A stretch of 64,000 bases of DNA, taken from the NCBI RefSeq assembly GCF_009914755.1, contig NC_060928.1; one strand, given 5' to 3'. Below the pieces are notes generated by a model. It saw only the letters and a list, made by a program, of their open reading frames with translations, had not been told where the DNA came from and ran no database searches. The position numbers were made by a program, and so were the translations under genes. Shown here piece by piece: positions 13,341 to 26,480 of the stretch. The DNA comes from the human T2T-CHM13v2.0 reference genome, Homo sapiens. Each line of letters opens with the position of its first letter. The stretch's first letter is position 1.

Positions 13341-14269
13341 CATCTAGATTTCTTTATATTTTATATTTTAAATGATTTTAAAGTAACATATTAATGGAAA
13401 ATTGAAAAAGCAGCATCAAGAGAAATGAATCACATATAAGCCTGCAAATTAAGCAACTTGTATTTTTAAGTGAAGTTTTCTTTTTCATAACATGATCGCT
13501 GCATTTGTAGGCAAACTTGCATGTGAAAAATACATTTTGTGGGAGAATAAATGGATATTGCTTAGGGAGTTTCAGATTCTAAATAACAAAGACATCCATC
13601 ATATCTTTAACTGTATTTGGTATGGTATGCAAAAATAATAATTTGATTAAGCACAATTTATCCAATAAATAAATAAAGTTCTTTCCTTTGTCCTTCAGTC
13701 TTCCAGATGGTCATAGTCTCTTTCATCCTCTTTTACCTGACCTTGTAGTTTTGATTGTTGCATTGTGCACAGTCACCAAAAGTGAAACAAAAATGACACT
13801 ACATTCAAGTTATAAAGAAGAAAAAGAAAAAGAAAATGGAATACTAACATGCTAACATAACAATAACATCAAAAATACCTGTGTGTTCCCGTTTTCCTCA
13901 TATAAAAACTAAATTATTACTTCCATCTTTCATGGATTCAGATCTTGATTGTACTGGAACTAGTAATAGTCTGTGTAATGCAAATAATGTTTTCTTATTA
14001 ATCAAATTCCAATTATCCTATTTGCTTTATGAAATCTCACACTGTAGGAGAACTGCCTCTGCTTATATTTTGCAGCATTTCCTTTGAAAGGGAAGTAATT
14101 TTTCTTCATACATTTTTAAATAGAATCAGAAAATATATGGTTTGTGGTTTTCAGCTAGCACAGTTTTCATAAATTGTATCTTCTTGGGGGGTGGGGGTGG
14201 GAAACCCAGATACTTTCTAACTGTATTTTCTTCATGATGAAAAATTTTGTTCATTTTGTGATAAGAGAA

Positions 14270-14850
<581 letters not shown>

Positions 14851-15327
14851 AATTAATACTATTATTACTGCTTTTTAGAAACATGTCATCTATTTTAATT
14901 GTCTGAATAGGGAAGAAAAAGGAGCCATACTCCTTCCTCAATGATTTGGTAATGACATAAGTGCCACACATAGATACAGATCCATGAAAGAAGCACTGTT
15001 GGGCTGGATTTCTAAAACCTACACCTTCATGATTATAAAGATTGTCTCTCTCCTATGAACAAATGTGGATATAACATCGGAAATTCCATTTTGATTTTTC
15101 CATGTAGTCTATAAGCTATTGGGCCATAAATTCTACTTTCATGAACTTGTCCTAGTGATCCTGGGAAGCCACTTATCCTTTCCTAATGTCAGTTTTTCAT
15201 TTGAAAATGGTCAATAATGTTTTAATTATATTAATCTTGATATTATGAGACTGCTATAAGCAAATAAGATTATATATGTATGCACATACACATATACATG
15301 AATATATATACATATATACGTATATAT

Positions 15328-15533
15328 GTATTTCTTTATATCAGTGTGTTTCTTTATATCAGTGTGAGAATGGACTAATACACACCTATTATAATTATTT
15401 TACTTATGATTCCTATTTTTTTCTGTGTCTTTCCCACATCCTTTGTCCTTTAACAGCAAGATGATCCAATAGTGTTTATCAAAAAATAAGTGTTTTTGTA
15501 AATCAGAGAATTTATTTGTGTTTTCTTTTTTTA
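15328..15533 (+). repeat. Dispersed duplicate of 17035-17227
   Basis: Near-identical sequence (about 4 substitutions plus small indels); the ORF track shows twin peptides ending YQCENGLIHTYYN.FTYDSYFFLCLSHILCPLT.R. Confidence 0.95.
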
Positions 15534-16120
15534 GATGCATATATATGTAATTTATAAATTGCAAAAATAGTTACACAAATACCGCTAATGAAGTGTTACA
15601 GTAATTAAACACAATATAAACATTTATTCATATTTTGTAATATTGAAAACACAAATGCCAACTAAGTTCAATACTATAAACTGAGTTCAATTAGTTTTAA
15701 CATTATGATTCTTATGAGATATAAATATGTAGGGTTTTTTTCATAATATTACCTTTCCATAGCATTGTTTCCAGGCAGTACTCTGATTTTCACGTTAAGA
15801 CTGCAGATACTTATATTTTGGTCTATTATAAAATTACATTTCAATCCCCATTTTTTGTGACAGTTGTTTATTTACTTATATACTCAGCCATGTATATAGA
15901 GACTGTGACTTTTTTTCCAGCAAGACAATTTTTGCATTCATGAACAGTGATAGCTCTTAAAAACGACACTGTTGTGGCATTGTTTCTGGACAGATACTAA
16001 TTCTTACCACATGGAAAGTTTCAACCTGATCAAAGATTTTATCACTAGTTACTGTCTTACTGGGGTAAGCCATATTTGAAAAAAGTATATAAAAGTTGTG
16101 ACACCCATCTAAATAAATTT

Positions 16121-16181
16121 TATATATATATATATGAATTATATATATATATATGAATTATATATATATATATATATATAT
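16121..16181. repeat. (TA)n array punctuated by GAAT (19-bp higher-order unit)
   Basis: tatatatatatatatgaat twice, then a longer TA run. Confidence 0.9.
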
Positions 16182-16697
16182 GAGCAAATGTGGAAGCTAT
16201 TTACTCTAGTATAGAAATCATGATAACTACATCCAGATAGAATTTGAAAACTCTAACCAAAAATCTGCCATACATTACCTGATTTTCTTTCTTTCTTTTT
16301 TAAGGGATTCTTAGCAAAAATTGTTTCTGTATTTGCACATAACTAATTAGTGTAGGTGAATCCGTATTACAGGAAGCCTCCTTTGGATGAAGCTCTCTTA
16401 GTAATTTAGTTTCCCCTGAGTGATCATGAGAGTTGTAAGGATTAAAATAGTAAGTTTATAAAACACTTGGACCAGTCCCTGGCAAATAATAAGAACTCAA
16501 TAATTTATAATTTTTTTTTACTAATAAAGAAAACTATACTGCAAAGGCTAGAGAGACAAATTTCCTCACTACCAGGTCCTGTTGTTTTGAAACACCACAA
16601 ACTGAAGCTCAGTTTCCTCTTCTGCAAGTTGAAACTGTTTCCTCCTTGATATTTTCTTGGTGCCTTCTCCATGCATCAGTTATAGCGTTTTCCACCT

Positions 16698-17071
16698 TGA
16701 TATGGTTTGGCTGTGTCCCCACCAAAATCTCATCTTGAATTGTAGTTCCCATAATCTCCATGCATTGTGGGAGGGAGCCAGTGGGAGGTAATTGAATCAT
16801 GGGGCGGTTACCCTCATGCTATTCTTGTGGTAGTGAGTGAGTTCTCACAAGATCTGCTTGTTTTATAAGGGGCTTTCCTCCTTAGCTAGGCACTTCTCTC
16901 TCCTGCTGCTATATCAAAAGGATTTGTTTGCTAGTCCCTTTCTGCCATGCTTATAAGTTTCCTGAGGCCTCCCCAGCAATGTGGAACTGTGAGTCAATTA
17001 AACCTCTTTTCCTTTATAAATTACCCAGTCTCGAGTATTTCTTTATATCAGTGTGAGAATGGACTAATACA
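16698..17071 (+). mobile_element. THE1C-like MaLR solo LTR
   Basis: tgatatggtttggctgtgtcccc...ggactaataca; perfect 5-bp TSD cacct (16693-16697 and 17072-17076). Confidence 0.95.
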
Positions 17072-17190
17072 CACCTATTATAATTCTTTTACTTATGATT
17101 CCTATTTTTTCCTGTGTCTTTCCCACATCCTTTGTCCTTTAACAGTAAGATGATCCAATAGTGTTTATCAAAAAATAAGTGTTTTTGTAA

Positions 17191-17530
<340 letters not shown>

Positions 17531-17649
17531 TGATTTGTGTTTTCTATTTAGGTAACTTGTGATTTTCATTTTGCCCTAGTTTGGATTGAAATGAGGCTAA
17601 CTCAAGTACTGTTTTCAATGTTTAATTTTATATTTTATCTTATATGGCT

Positions 17650-17790
17650 CATGATATCCTGATGAAAGAGGTGTGGTGTCATTTCCTAGATGACAAACTG
17701 AGGCTCAGCCAGCATGTTAAATATTCACAACAAAGCTGCGGGGTCAGAGCCAGGGTTTAGACCAGGTCTTTTAGTCAGTAGTCTTTGTAT
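17650..17790 (-). mobile_element. MIR
   Basis: catttcctagatgacaaactgaggctcag...cagagccagggtttagaccaggtct. Confidence 0.65.
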
Positions 17791-18149
17791 ACTATCTTAT
17801 GCTGATTCTGTTGATATTTACATTGACAAAAAAAGAAAAGAAAAGAAATATTGAACAATCTTAAAAGATATCAGTTAAATAACTAACTAACATCTGAATG
17901 TAGGGCCACATCTATCTTACATGGATAGTGAGGCATGTAAGAGACCTGAATGATGTTGCCAGCCTTCTGGGAGATTAATTACAACATTTCCCAAACAAAC
18001 ACACACACAAGCACAGTTACCACTTAGTGGTTCTTCAACAAGTTCAAAGTGTTACTCAATCCTGGGTGCATCACAGCTACAGTTGTGTGTTTGAAGATAA
18101 GGTGTAGGAACAGCTGTTGTCAGTGTTTTATGATCTCCTGCCTAACAGG

Positions 18150-18240
18150 TTCACCACTGTGTCTTCTTTACCTAGGAAATGGACAGAGCGTATAACAAAG
18201 GCTCAATAAATATGTGTTGAATAAATTTGTTGAATGAATT
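18150..18240 (+). mobile_element. L2 3' end
   Basis: gttcaccactgtgtc...ggctcaataaatatgtgttgaataaat. Confidence 0.7.
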
Positions 18241-18974
18241 TTGTTTAATATAAAAATTTGTTTTAAAAAGTCCTGTTTATGGTATTCCAGGTCTGTGCCA
18301 TAAAATTGATATACATTTATTCGTTCATTTGATTCAACAATTATTGATACCTTCATGTTTTAGATTCTATATGTCCATGGAACTCATTTTCTGTGTCTCC
18401 TTTATTCTGTTAGAATTGCCTAGTTTGTTGTTACCTAGAATTCTGTATCACATTCATTATTTTTACCATACTGTAGTATTTTTAAAATAAATTTTCTTTT
18501 TTCTTTTTAAATTCAATAGTATTAGTCTCATGCTAAAAGATAATATCCGTGAAGTCACCTATTCGATGTGATTGTTATATTTTTCTAATACATAAAATTA
18601 AATAAATATATTATTGATATAGACATATGTATTTATCATTTGAAACTATCGCACAAAAAGTTTTTGGGTTTAAGGAACAGTTTGGAAAATACTGATCTGA
18701 ATTGACCCTGTTAATTTGGAGTTAACACATTGAAGACGATGGTGGTTAACTGGTATAATCAAGGTCAAATAAATGGTTCATGGCAGCACACACCAAAACA
18801 CAGGTTTTCTTTTATGAATAAGTGATGCCTCATATACTTCACTTTAAATTAGAAGCATTATCAGTACATACTACAATATTCATTCATTTTATAGTGTAAC
18901 ATTATTATTTTTTGCTTCTTACAGTATTGTAAAAAAATATTTGTGGGGACATGGGCCCAGTCATGTTTACCGAT

Positions 18975-19215
18975 TGAGGGCTCTAGGTTCAGGTTGTAGT
19001 CAAATCCCGGCTCTAACACTTACCAGATTTTTAATATTAGGAAAGTGATTTCACTTCCTTGGGCTGGGATGTCCTTATCTATATAAATATGCATAATAAA
19101 TATTATTTTTAAAGATAGGATAATAATACCTATGTAGAGACACAGTTTTGCCATTAAATAAAATTATCTATGCTGGCATTTCAACAATACCTGGCACATA
19201 TTAATTAGCTATGTT
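18975..19215 (+). mobile_element. MIR
   Basis: gggctctagg...caaatcccggctctaacacttacc...ggaaagtgatttcacttcct...aatacctggcacata. Confidence 0.75.
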
Positions 19216-21275
19216 AACTCTTAAAATTGCTATGACTATTGGAGAATTTGATTAATGCTATTGATCTTATTTATTGAAAACTATATAGTTGCACATAAAA
19301 TCAAAATTTTGAAGACAAAGATCAGAGTTTTCTCAGACTTCTTAAAGCTTGAAACTTCTGGCTTAAGAGATCTATTGAAATTCTTAAAGATTCAAGTAAT
19401 AGGTAAAAAGAATTGCCCTATTTCTAATAGTTTTTCTTGAAAACAAATTGGTTATCAACTTCCTAAGTCAACTCAGCAAATACAACAACTTTTTAAAATA
19501 AATTATAATATAGTGAGCTGAGGAAATGTTATTGTAGTAATCTTAATTATATAAGATCATATGAACCCACTTTTTAAATATAGAGGGCAAGAATATTGCT
19601 CATATAAAGCAATCTGTTTAAATTATTGATAACAGAGTTATGGAACATGTTAGAAGTAAAGATTTTTAATAAAAAGGCATATAGCATTTCTGCACACATA
19701 GAGATATGTTGGATAGATAAGGATAAATAATAATTCTGAAGCTCCATTCTTTTCCTTGCTTGTCTACAGTGCTGTTCCTTGAGAAGTTTCAGAAGAAAAA
19801 TAGGTGGATTGGATGTGAGTGACTGAGTTAGGAAGCCATTAGGTATCTAAGAACCAACATTCTTAGATATAGCCCTACACTTCTCACAAACATGAGAGAG
19901 AAATCATAGAGGAGGCCTATAGGAGAGTGACAGAGTTAAAAAGAAATTCAAGAATAGTGAAAGAAGGCACATAGAGAAAAGAAGAGAGAGAGGCCATGTC
20001 TAGACTAATAACATTCTGAGGACAGAGGAATGCAGATAGAAATAGGAGAAGGTTTTGGAAAAAATATTTCATAGGGCAAGAGTAGACCAAGAATAAAAAA
20101 GAATCTTGAAAATTATCAGTATACTTCAACCAAACCACAGGAAATTTATAGTTAAAAAAAGAATAGACTTTCAATGGAAGCAAAAGAAGTCGACATGATC
20201 ATCATCATCCTCTGTCTTCTGTTAGAGTATAAACACAGGCACAAGGGCTTTAGCCAGACCACTGGATGCATAGAACCGAACTGAGAATGGTGGTACCAGT
20301 GGATAGATGGGCCAAATGAGAAAGCAAAACATTAAGGACAAACCTAAATTGAGACATAAGAGCATGCCTGAATCCATGAATTTATTTAAATATTTTAAAA
20401 AGAAAGTATAAAATTACTAATGAATTTTAAAATTCATCTCAGAAAACAGCAGACCATGAAGATTATTTTTAATATATTCAGTGCTTAAAAGAAAATTGAT
20501 AGGTTGGGCTAAATCATAGAATACAGAATTACCTATTTCTTGTCCAATATTGCAGGCATGTGTGTTCTTCCTACCTCCCACTAAAATACATTATTAATAA
20601 TACAGTAATACCTTCTCAACTACAAATTTTGCTTCATATGGATAAAACATATAATTTTGGATTTTTTTATAAATGTGAGGATTTTGTTTCCCTTATATCT
20701 ACGATGTGGACTTTTCCCCATGAGAATAATTAAGAAACCTGGAAAATGGTCATGGCAACTAGGAGACGGAGCCAAACAGCACCCAAGTGTGCATGAGGCT
20801 TTTGCTATCACTAATGGAGGAATAAAAGAAGTAGGAGAAAGTAAAGTCAGATTTGAACTACATGGTCTTATGTGCTAGGATATATGGGGCAGGTATGAAT
20901 AAGAGGGACTGAACAGATAATGCTTTTGTCCTTCTATGAGACCATAATAGTTCCGAAAGGTGATAGATCAGTATTCTTAAGTACAACATCAGAGAGCTTT
21001 AGACTTTCGAATGGACAACAAAGTGTAGAAAAATCATGCCTGTTAATTAAATAATATCATCAACAAAGCTCAATTGTTTACAAGCAACTTATTATAACTG
21101 TAGAATAAGGAAAGCATGTAATTATTATTAAGGGAAGAATAAATAGAAATTAAATGAACAGTATATAAATTATTGATTAAAATATATAAGATATAATTGA
21201 TTATTTACTTATTGTTTTATTTAATATATTGAGTACCAAATAGGTCAAGGACTTGGCTAGGCAATTTTAAAAATG

Positions 21276-21501
21276 TTATTTTATTTTTATATTTTAAGAG
21301 CTTTTTAAAAGAAGAATTTTAGGTTCACACCAAAATTGAGAGGAAGGTAAGACATCCCATATACTCCCTCTCCCTATATGTTCATGACCTCCCTCATTAA
21401 CAACATCCCCCAACAGAGTGGTGCATTTGTAATAAATGACAAATCTATGTTAATACAACATTATCACTTAATGACCATAGTTTACATTAGGATTCATTCT
21501 T
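21276..21501 (-). mobile_element. L1MC1/2 3' end
   Basis: ttttaggttcacaccaaaattgagaggaaggta...aacatcccccaacagagtggtgcatttgt...catagtttacattaggattcattct. Confidence 0.85.
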
Positions 21502-21694
21502 CTACATAGATTTGAGACCAGGTAATTTTAATACATTATCTCTTAATTTTGAAACAGCCACAGTGTAACTTAAGCTTTGCTAAAATAAATGATATATTTA
21601 AATCATAAAACTGACAAGTGATAAACTCACAAGTGACAATAACCATTATCTTTCATTGAGGTCATAGTGCAAGGTTGGTACAAAGATAAATCGG

Positions 21695-21862
21695 CTATTT
21701 ATATTACCTTGTTTAATCCTCATATTAACCTTATAAGAGAGGTGTTATTGTTTCCATTTTAAAGATTAGGAAACTGTGGTTTATAAATGCTAAGAAACAT
21801 GCAAGGATCACCCAACCATTAAATGATAAAGCTTGTATTTAAACCCATGCCAACAAAAGATG
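21695..21862 (-). mobile_element. MIR (copy A of a paralogous pair)
   Basis: tttaatcctcat...tttccattttaaagattaggaaactgtgg... Confidence 0.75.
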
Positions 21863-21889
21863 TAAATCTTACCTTTAAAATGTGAGTTA

Positions 21890-22823
21890 TTACAGCAATC
21901 ATATCTATCAGAAAAGCAGAATTTCTGTGACTAACAAAGTATAAGGGTTTATTTTTAGGAATTAGACCTTACACAATTATGGGGGCTGGTTAAGAAGTCT
22001 GTGTGGCCAGGCGCAGTGGCTCATGCCTGTAATCCCAGCACTTTAGGAGGCCAAGGTGAGTGGATCACTTGAGACCAGGAGTTTGAGAACAGCCTGGTCA
22101 ACATAGTGAAACTCCATCTCTACTAAATACAAAAATTAGCCGGGCATGGTGGCACATGCTTGTAATCTCAGCTACTTGGGAGGCTCGCTTGAACCGGGAG
22201 GCAGAGGCTGCAGTGAGCCAAGATTGAGCCATTGCACTCCAGTCTGGGCAACAAGAGCAAACTCTATCTCAAAAAAAAAAAAAAAAAAAAAGAAGTCTAT
22301 GCAACAGCATTGTCTTTGCATTTGGTGTTGGGTGGGCCTGAATGATCCATAAGTTAGCTGGGGCATCTGATGGGTAGGGTAACTCAAGTGTAGGAGAGCA
22401 AAGACCATCAGAAACTTATGAAGTCATACATCTTCACAGATACCCACATCCGTATCTCATGATTGCCAACTCTGATGGTGCAGGTGACCTGCAAGAGAAT
22501 TTGGCACCTTTTGCCATGGAGCTAATTACATATCTGGCCCAGGATTTGCAGAATTTGAAGGGAGAAGCCTGGTAAGATTGGGGGTAGCTGTGGGCCAGGC
22601 AGCTTTCCCTCACTCAGCTAACTGTTTCAGTACATTAATGAAGACACGTGCAAGATGTCATGGTGCCTATCACACTATGTCTGTCTTCTGAGTGTCAAAC
22701 TGGTTCTTCCTTCATCTCTTTCCAAAAATCTTGCAAATCTCTCTGTATGCATCTCTCACTTGGAACCACATAGAGAAGAGAATTCTACAAAAAGTATCAG
22801 TTGAGCTAAGTTTTATCACCACA
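21890..22823 (-). mobile_element. LTR41-like ERVL LTR, interrupted by an Alu
   Basis: ataagggtttatttttaggaattagaccttacacaattatgggggctgg ... ggaaccacatagagaagagaattct...gagctaagttttatcaccaca. Confidence 0.75.
22005..22290 (+). mobile_element. AluS/J with a ~13-nt right-arm deletion
   Basis: Alu with a ~20-nt poly(A) tail; TSD aagaagtctgtgt / aagaagtctatgc. Confidence 0.95.
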
Positions 22824-23103
22824 GGGACCTAGTGAGAATATATCATGAAAATACACACATGTAGGTGCATGTGCATGTGTCTGTGTGTTCACTTTTGACA
22901 TTCGTTTTATTGATTTTTTTCCCCATTAGTTGTGAGTTTCTTCAACTCTTACTTTCCTCAACTTCATCAGCTCTCTTAATCATAGTGGTTTTCAGCAACG
23001 CCATGATTAGAGTGGGACTACTGAATGCAGTATTTTCTTTGAAGAGCAGAATAGCCATAATAATAGAATTTAAAATAACATAATAATTATTATTCAATTG
23101 TCC

Positions 23104-23165
23104 AACCCAAATAACAATAATAAATAACCCAAATAACAATAAATCTCTAACCCAAATAACAATAA
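23104..23165. repeat. Three copies of the 17-mer AACCCAAATAACAATAA with 5-6 nt spacers
   Basis: Copies start at 23104, 23126 and 23149. Confidence 0.9.
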
Positions 23166-23654
23166 ATAAAATTGTTGCATAGTTTCACTTAACAGTTCCT
23201 GGAAGTAAAACTGCATCGTATTTTGCATTGACACGTCCAATCAATCTGTAGTGGCTGTTGAAAGTGCTGCCTCAAGACAACCTCTGAAGAACATATGAGG
23301 TCAATGGGCTTGAGGGTGATTAATTACCAATGCGTTTCAAAGATTCTAATCAAAGAGTGAGTCACATATGCTGCACAATAGATATTGCATTCACACTTTA
23401 AAAAACAATCATTATACATAGATAGCTACCGTCACCCATCTCATGCCCTGGTTATTAGTAATACAGAAGTCCTTCCTGTGACCTGAATACTTTGCTTCTA
23501 CTAATGCAGCCTAAATTTGCCTTTTCTTTTTCAGCCACAAATTACATTAAATCCCCAAGATTGTAACTGCGTGTTCTGGTTGCAAACAAGGACTTTGTCA
23601 TCCTATACTTAGTTGAATTTCTGAAGCAAAGCAAAGGACTCTTTATATTGATTT

Positions 23655-23790
23655 TGTAAGGGAGATACTATTGTTCCCATTTTATGGATAAGGAAATTGA
23701 GGCGCCTAAATGCTAAGTAACTTGCAAGCATCACTTAACCAGTAGATGGCAAAGTTTACATTTAAACAAACCCATGACAACAAAAGGTTG
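23655..23790 (-). mobile_element. MIR (copy B of a paralogous pair)
   Basis: ttgttcccattttatggataaggaaattgagg...taagtaacttgc. Confidence 0.75.
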
Positions 23791-23967
23791 GCATTTTATA
23801 TATTTCTATGTGTCTGTTTTGACCCATTGTTTCAGCCTGTTGACAAACATTTTGAATATCATAGTGATCAACTGGATATTTTTTAGATGACCTATCTGTC
23901 TGAGCCTGCTAGAATGAGTTTTTGCTTTCCAAGTAAAAGTGTTTTAAGCAGTTCTCCATAGCTATAA

Positions 23968-24324
<357 letters not shown>

Positions 24325-26059
24325 TATTTCCTTTCTAAAAATATTTAAGAAATTTAAGTAATTTTTAAATTAATATCCACTTCCTTGAGGTTCAAAATCA
24401 ACATTATACTCTGACATCTCGCTTTATGTATGAATTTTTGAAGGGTAAGGCCTTCTTTTGTTTTCTTTCTTGAAATGCATATCCTTCCTTCTTAAGTTGT
24501 TTTTGCACTTTCTCTTTTACATTAGCAAACCTTCAGTGATTAACACTGAACACTATGTAATCATCCCCTGATCCATATAATTGGGGCATTCATTATATTC
24601 ACCACATAAGGTTGTTGAGATGATAAAAGCACAAAATAATTCATGTAGCACGCTGAATAGAATGCTGAAAATGCTCACTTTGAGTTAACTCTTGATTACT
24701 AGTCATGTGGCTTATCTGTTCTTCAGATATCTCTTTTGATTTTTGTCCAGGTCCCTGAAATCATCTCTTAGATAATTATCTTTTGCTTCTGGCCCTATTA
24801 CTTTCTTCTTTCCTCACTGTGTTGGACACAAAGTGTATCAGAGTGAGCATAATACCAGAAAACAGGAAATGTGTAGGGTGATCAATAGGCTTGAAGGGAT
24901 AAAAGGCTTACTGCGCCTATTAATTTTAAAAGGGGAAGATACCAGCTCCCTGCTACACCTAAAGACATGAGTGAGAGACTTCTGGTCATCACAAGGAAGG
25001 TCTGGAGTTGCTATCTATGCTCAGAAGCCGGAAGTGTTAAATGCTTTTCACTGAATGGGATGTTTGGCCTTAAGTGCCATGATAGTCAGGTGAAATCAAT
25101 GCAATGAGCAACACAGCAGAAGAATCATGAGGGTTACTTGGTGGGGATATGGAGCAACAGGAATAGTGGGGCTCATAAGCTATATTCATATGCAGTCTGG
25201 AAGCATTTTATATGGATTTGAAATACAATATCATAATGTAATATAAAGCTATAATCGGTTGTGCCCAATTTGAAAGTATGTGATATCTCCCAGATCTTCA
25301 GAATTTATCGAGGAATACAAAATTTCCAAGATTACAATTTAGATAACTTATATACTGTACTTTAATATTATTAAAAGGAAGTGCCATTTATATGGCAAAT
25401 AGAAATACTAACAATCCTTGTTGGTATTACTTGAATCTCACAGTTATTTCCCTGTGTTGAAACTTCTGCAGATGCTTTGGTGATGCAAGCTCTGTGCTTA
25501 CACTATTATTATAATTTAAAATCTTCTTAAATGTTCTACAACACTGCTGTGTAAAAGCTAGAGATAATGCAGTAAAATGCACTAAGAGATCAATAACCTG
25601 GAAAGGAAGTTAAATAACATAAAAATGCCACAAAGAAGACCAAATGACCTCCATAATATGCCATACATTTAATTTAAGAGTGAGTAACCTGAGAAATATT
25701 AGTGATAATTCTGAGGAAACCACAAAGCATTATTAAAGAAACTATAGCTTTAATTTTACAAAAATAATCATATAACTGGTCAAGGATAATGAGAAGATGC
25801 TGACTGCAAGATCAATGCTACTGACATGTGCTTCTAACCCAAGTTACCATCTGTACTAAGGCATAAAGTATTCTTGATTTTAGAGGAGATAATATATTTA
25901 AATATACATATTTTTGCAAGAATTTACTTGTGCTTAGAAAGTATATACATATGCAAATATGTATTACAATGTTTGTAGATGCATGTGCTCTGAAAAACAA
26001 CCTCCCTTTTTTATTTTAGTCTGTGAGAAAAGTACCCTTAAATGCTTTCATTCTGCTAT

Positions 26060-26215
26060 TGTGTTATGAATTTAGAAGTCAGACTGATTTCTCTATTCTA
26101 CCACTGTAAAACTCTGAGCTACAAATCTCAGATCTGTTTTCTCAAACACCCAACTTCCCAGATTTGATTGAAGAGTAAACGAAATGATGTGTGTTAAGTT
26201 CTTAATAGAGAACAA
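26060..26215 (+). mobile_element. MIR
   Basis: tgaatttagaagtcagactg...tctaccactg...gtgtgttaagttcttaataga. Confidence 0.55.
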
Positions 26216-26244
26216 GCTCTTAACCTTCGGCACATACCATCAAA

Positions 26245-26480
26245 ATAGTAATAGCTAATGCTACTGTAGCCCTTATGACAGGTCAGCCTTCATTCTAAAT
26301 GTCTCACACGTATCATCTCCTTTAGTCCTCAAAATACTTCTCTGATGTAAATACTATACTATCACTCCCATTTTTCAGATGAGGACATTGAGCAACAAGA
26401 AAGCTAAGCAGCTTTTATAAATTCCCATGCCAGAAAGTAGCTAATTTGAACCTCAGCAATCCAGCTTTAAAAACCTGTGT
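26245..26480 (-). mobile_element. MIRb
   Basis: aatagctaat...tatcatctcctttagtcctc...cccatttttcagatgaggacattgag...atttgaacctcagcaatcc. Confidence 0.8.

Noticed and set aside
19780-20160. Purine-rich stretch resembling a coding exon
   Set aside because: There is no long plus-strand ORF; it is more likely a degenerate minus-strand L2, too diverged to call.
23104-23165. CRISPR-like repeat-spacer pattern
   Set aside because: The repeats are 17 bp with 5-6 nt spacers and only three copies, there are no cas genes, and the context is eukaryotic.
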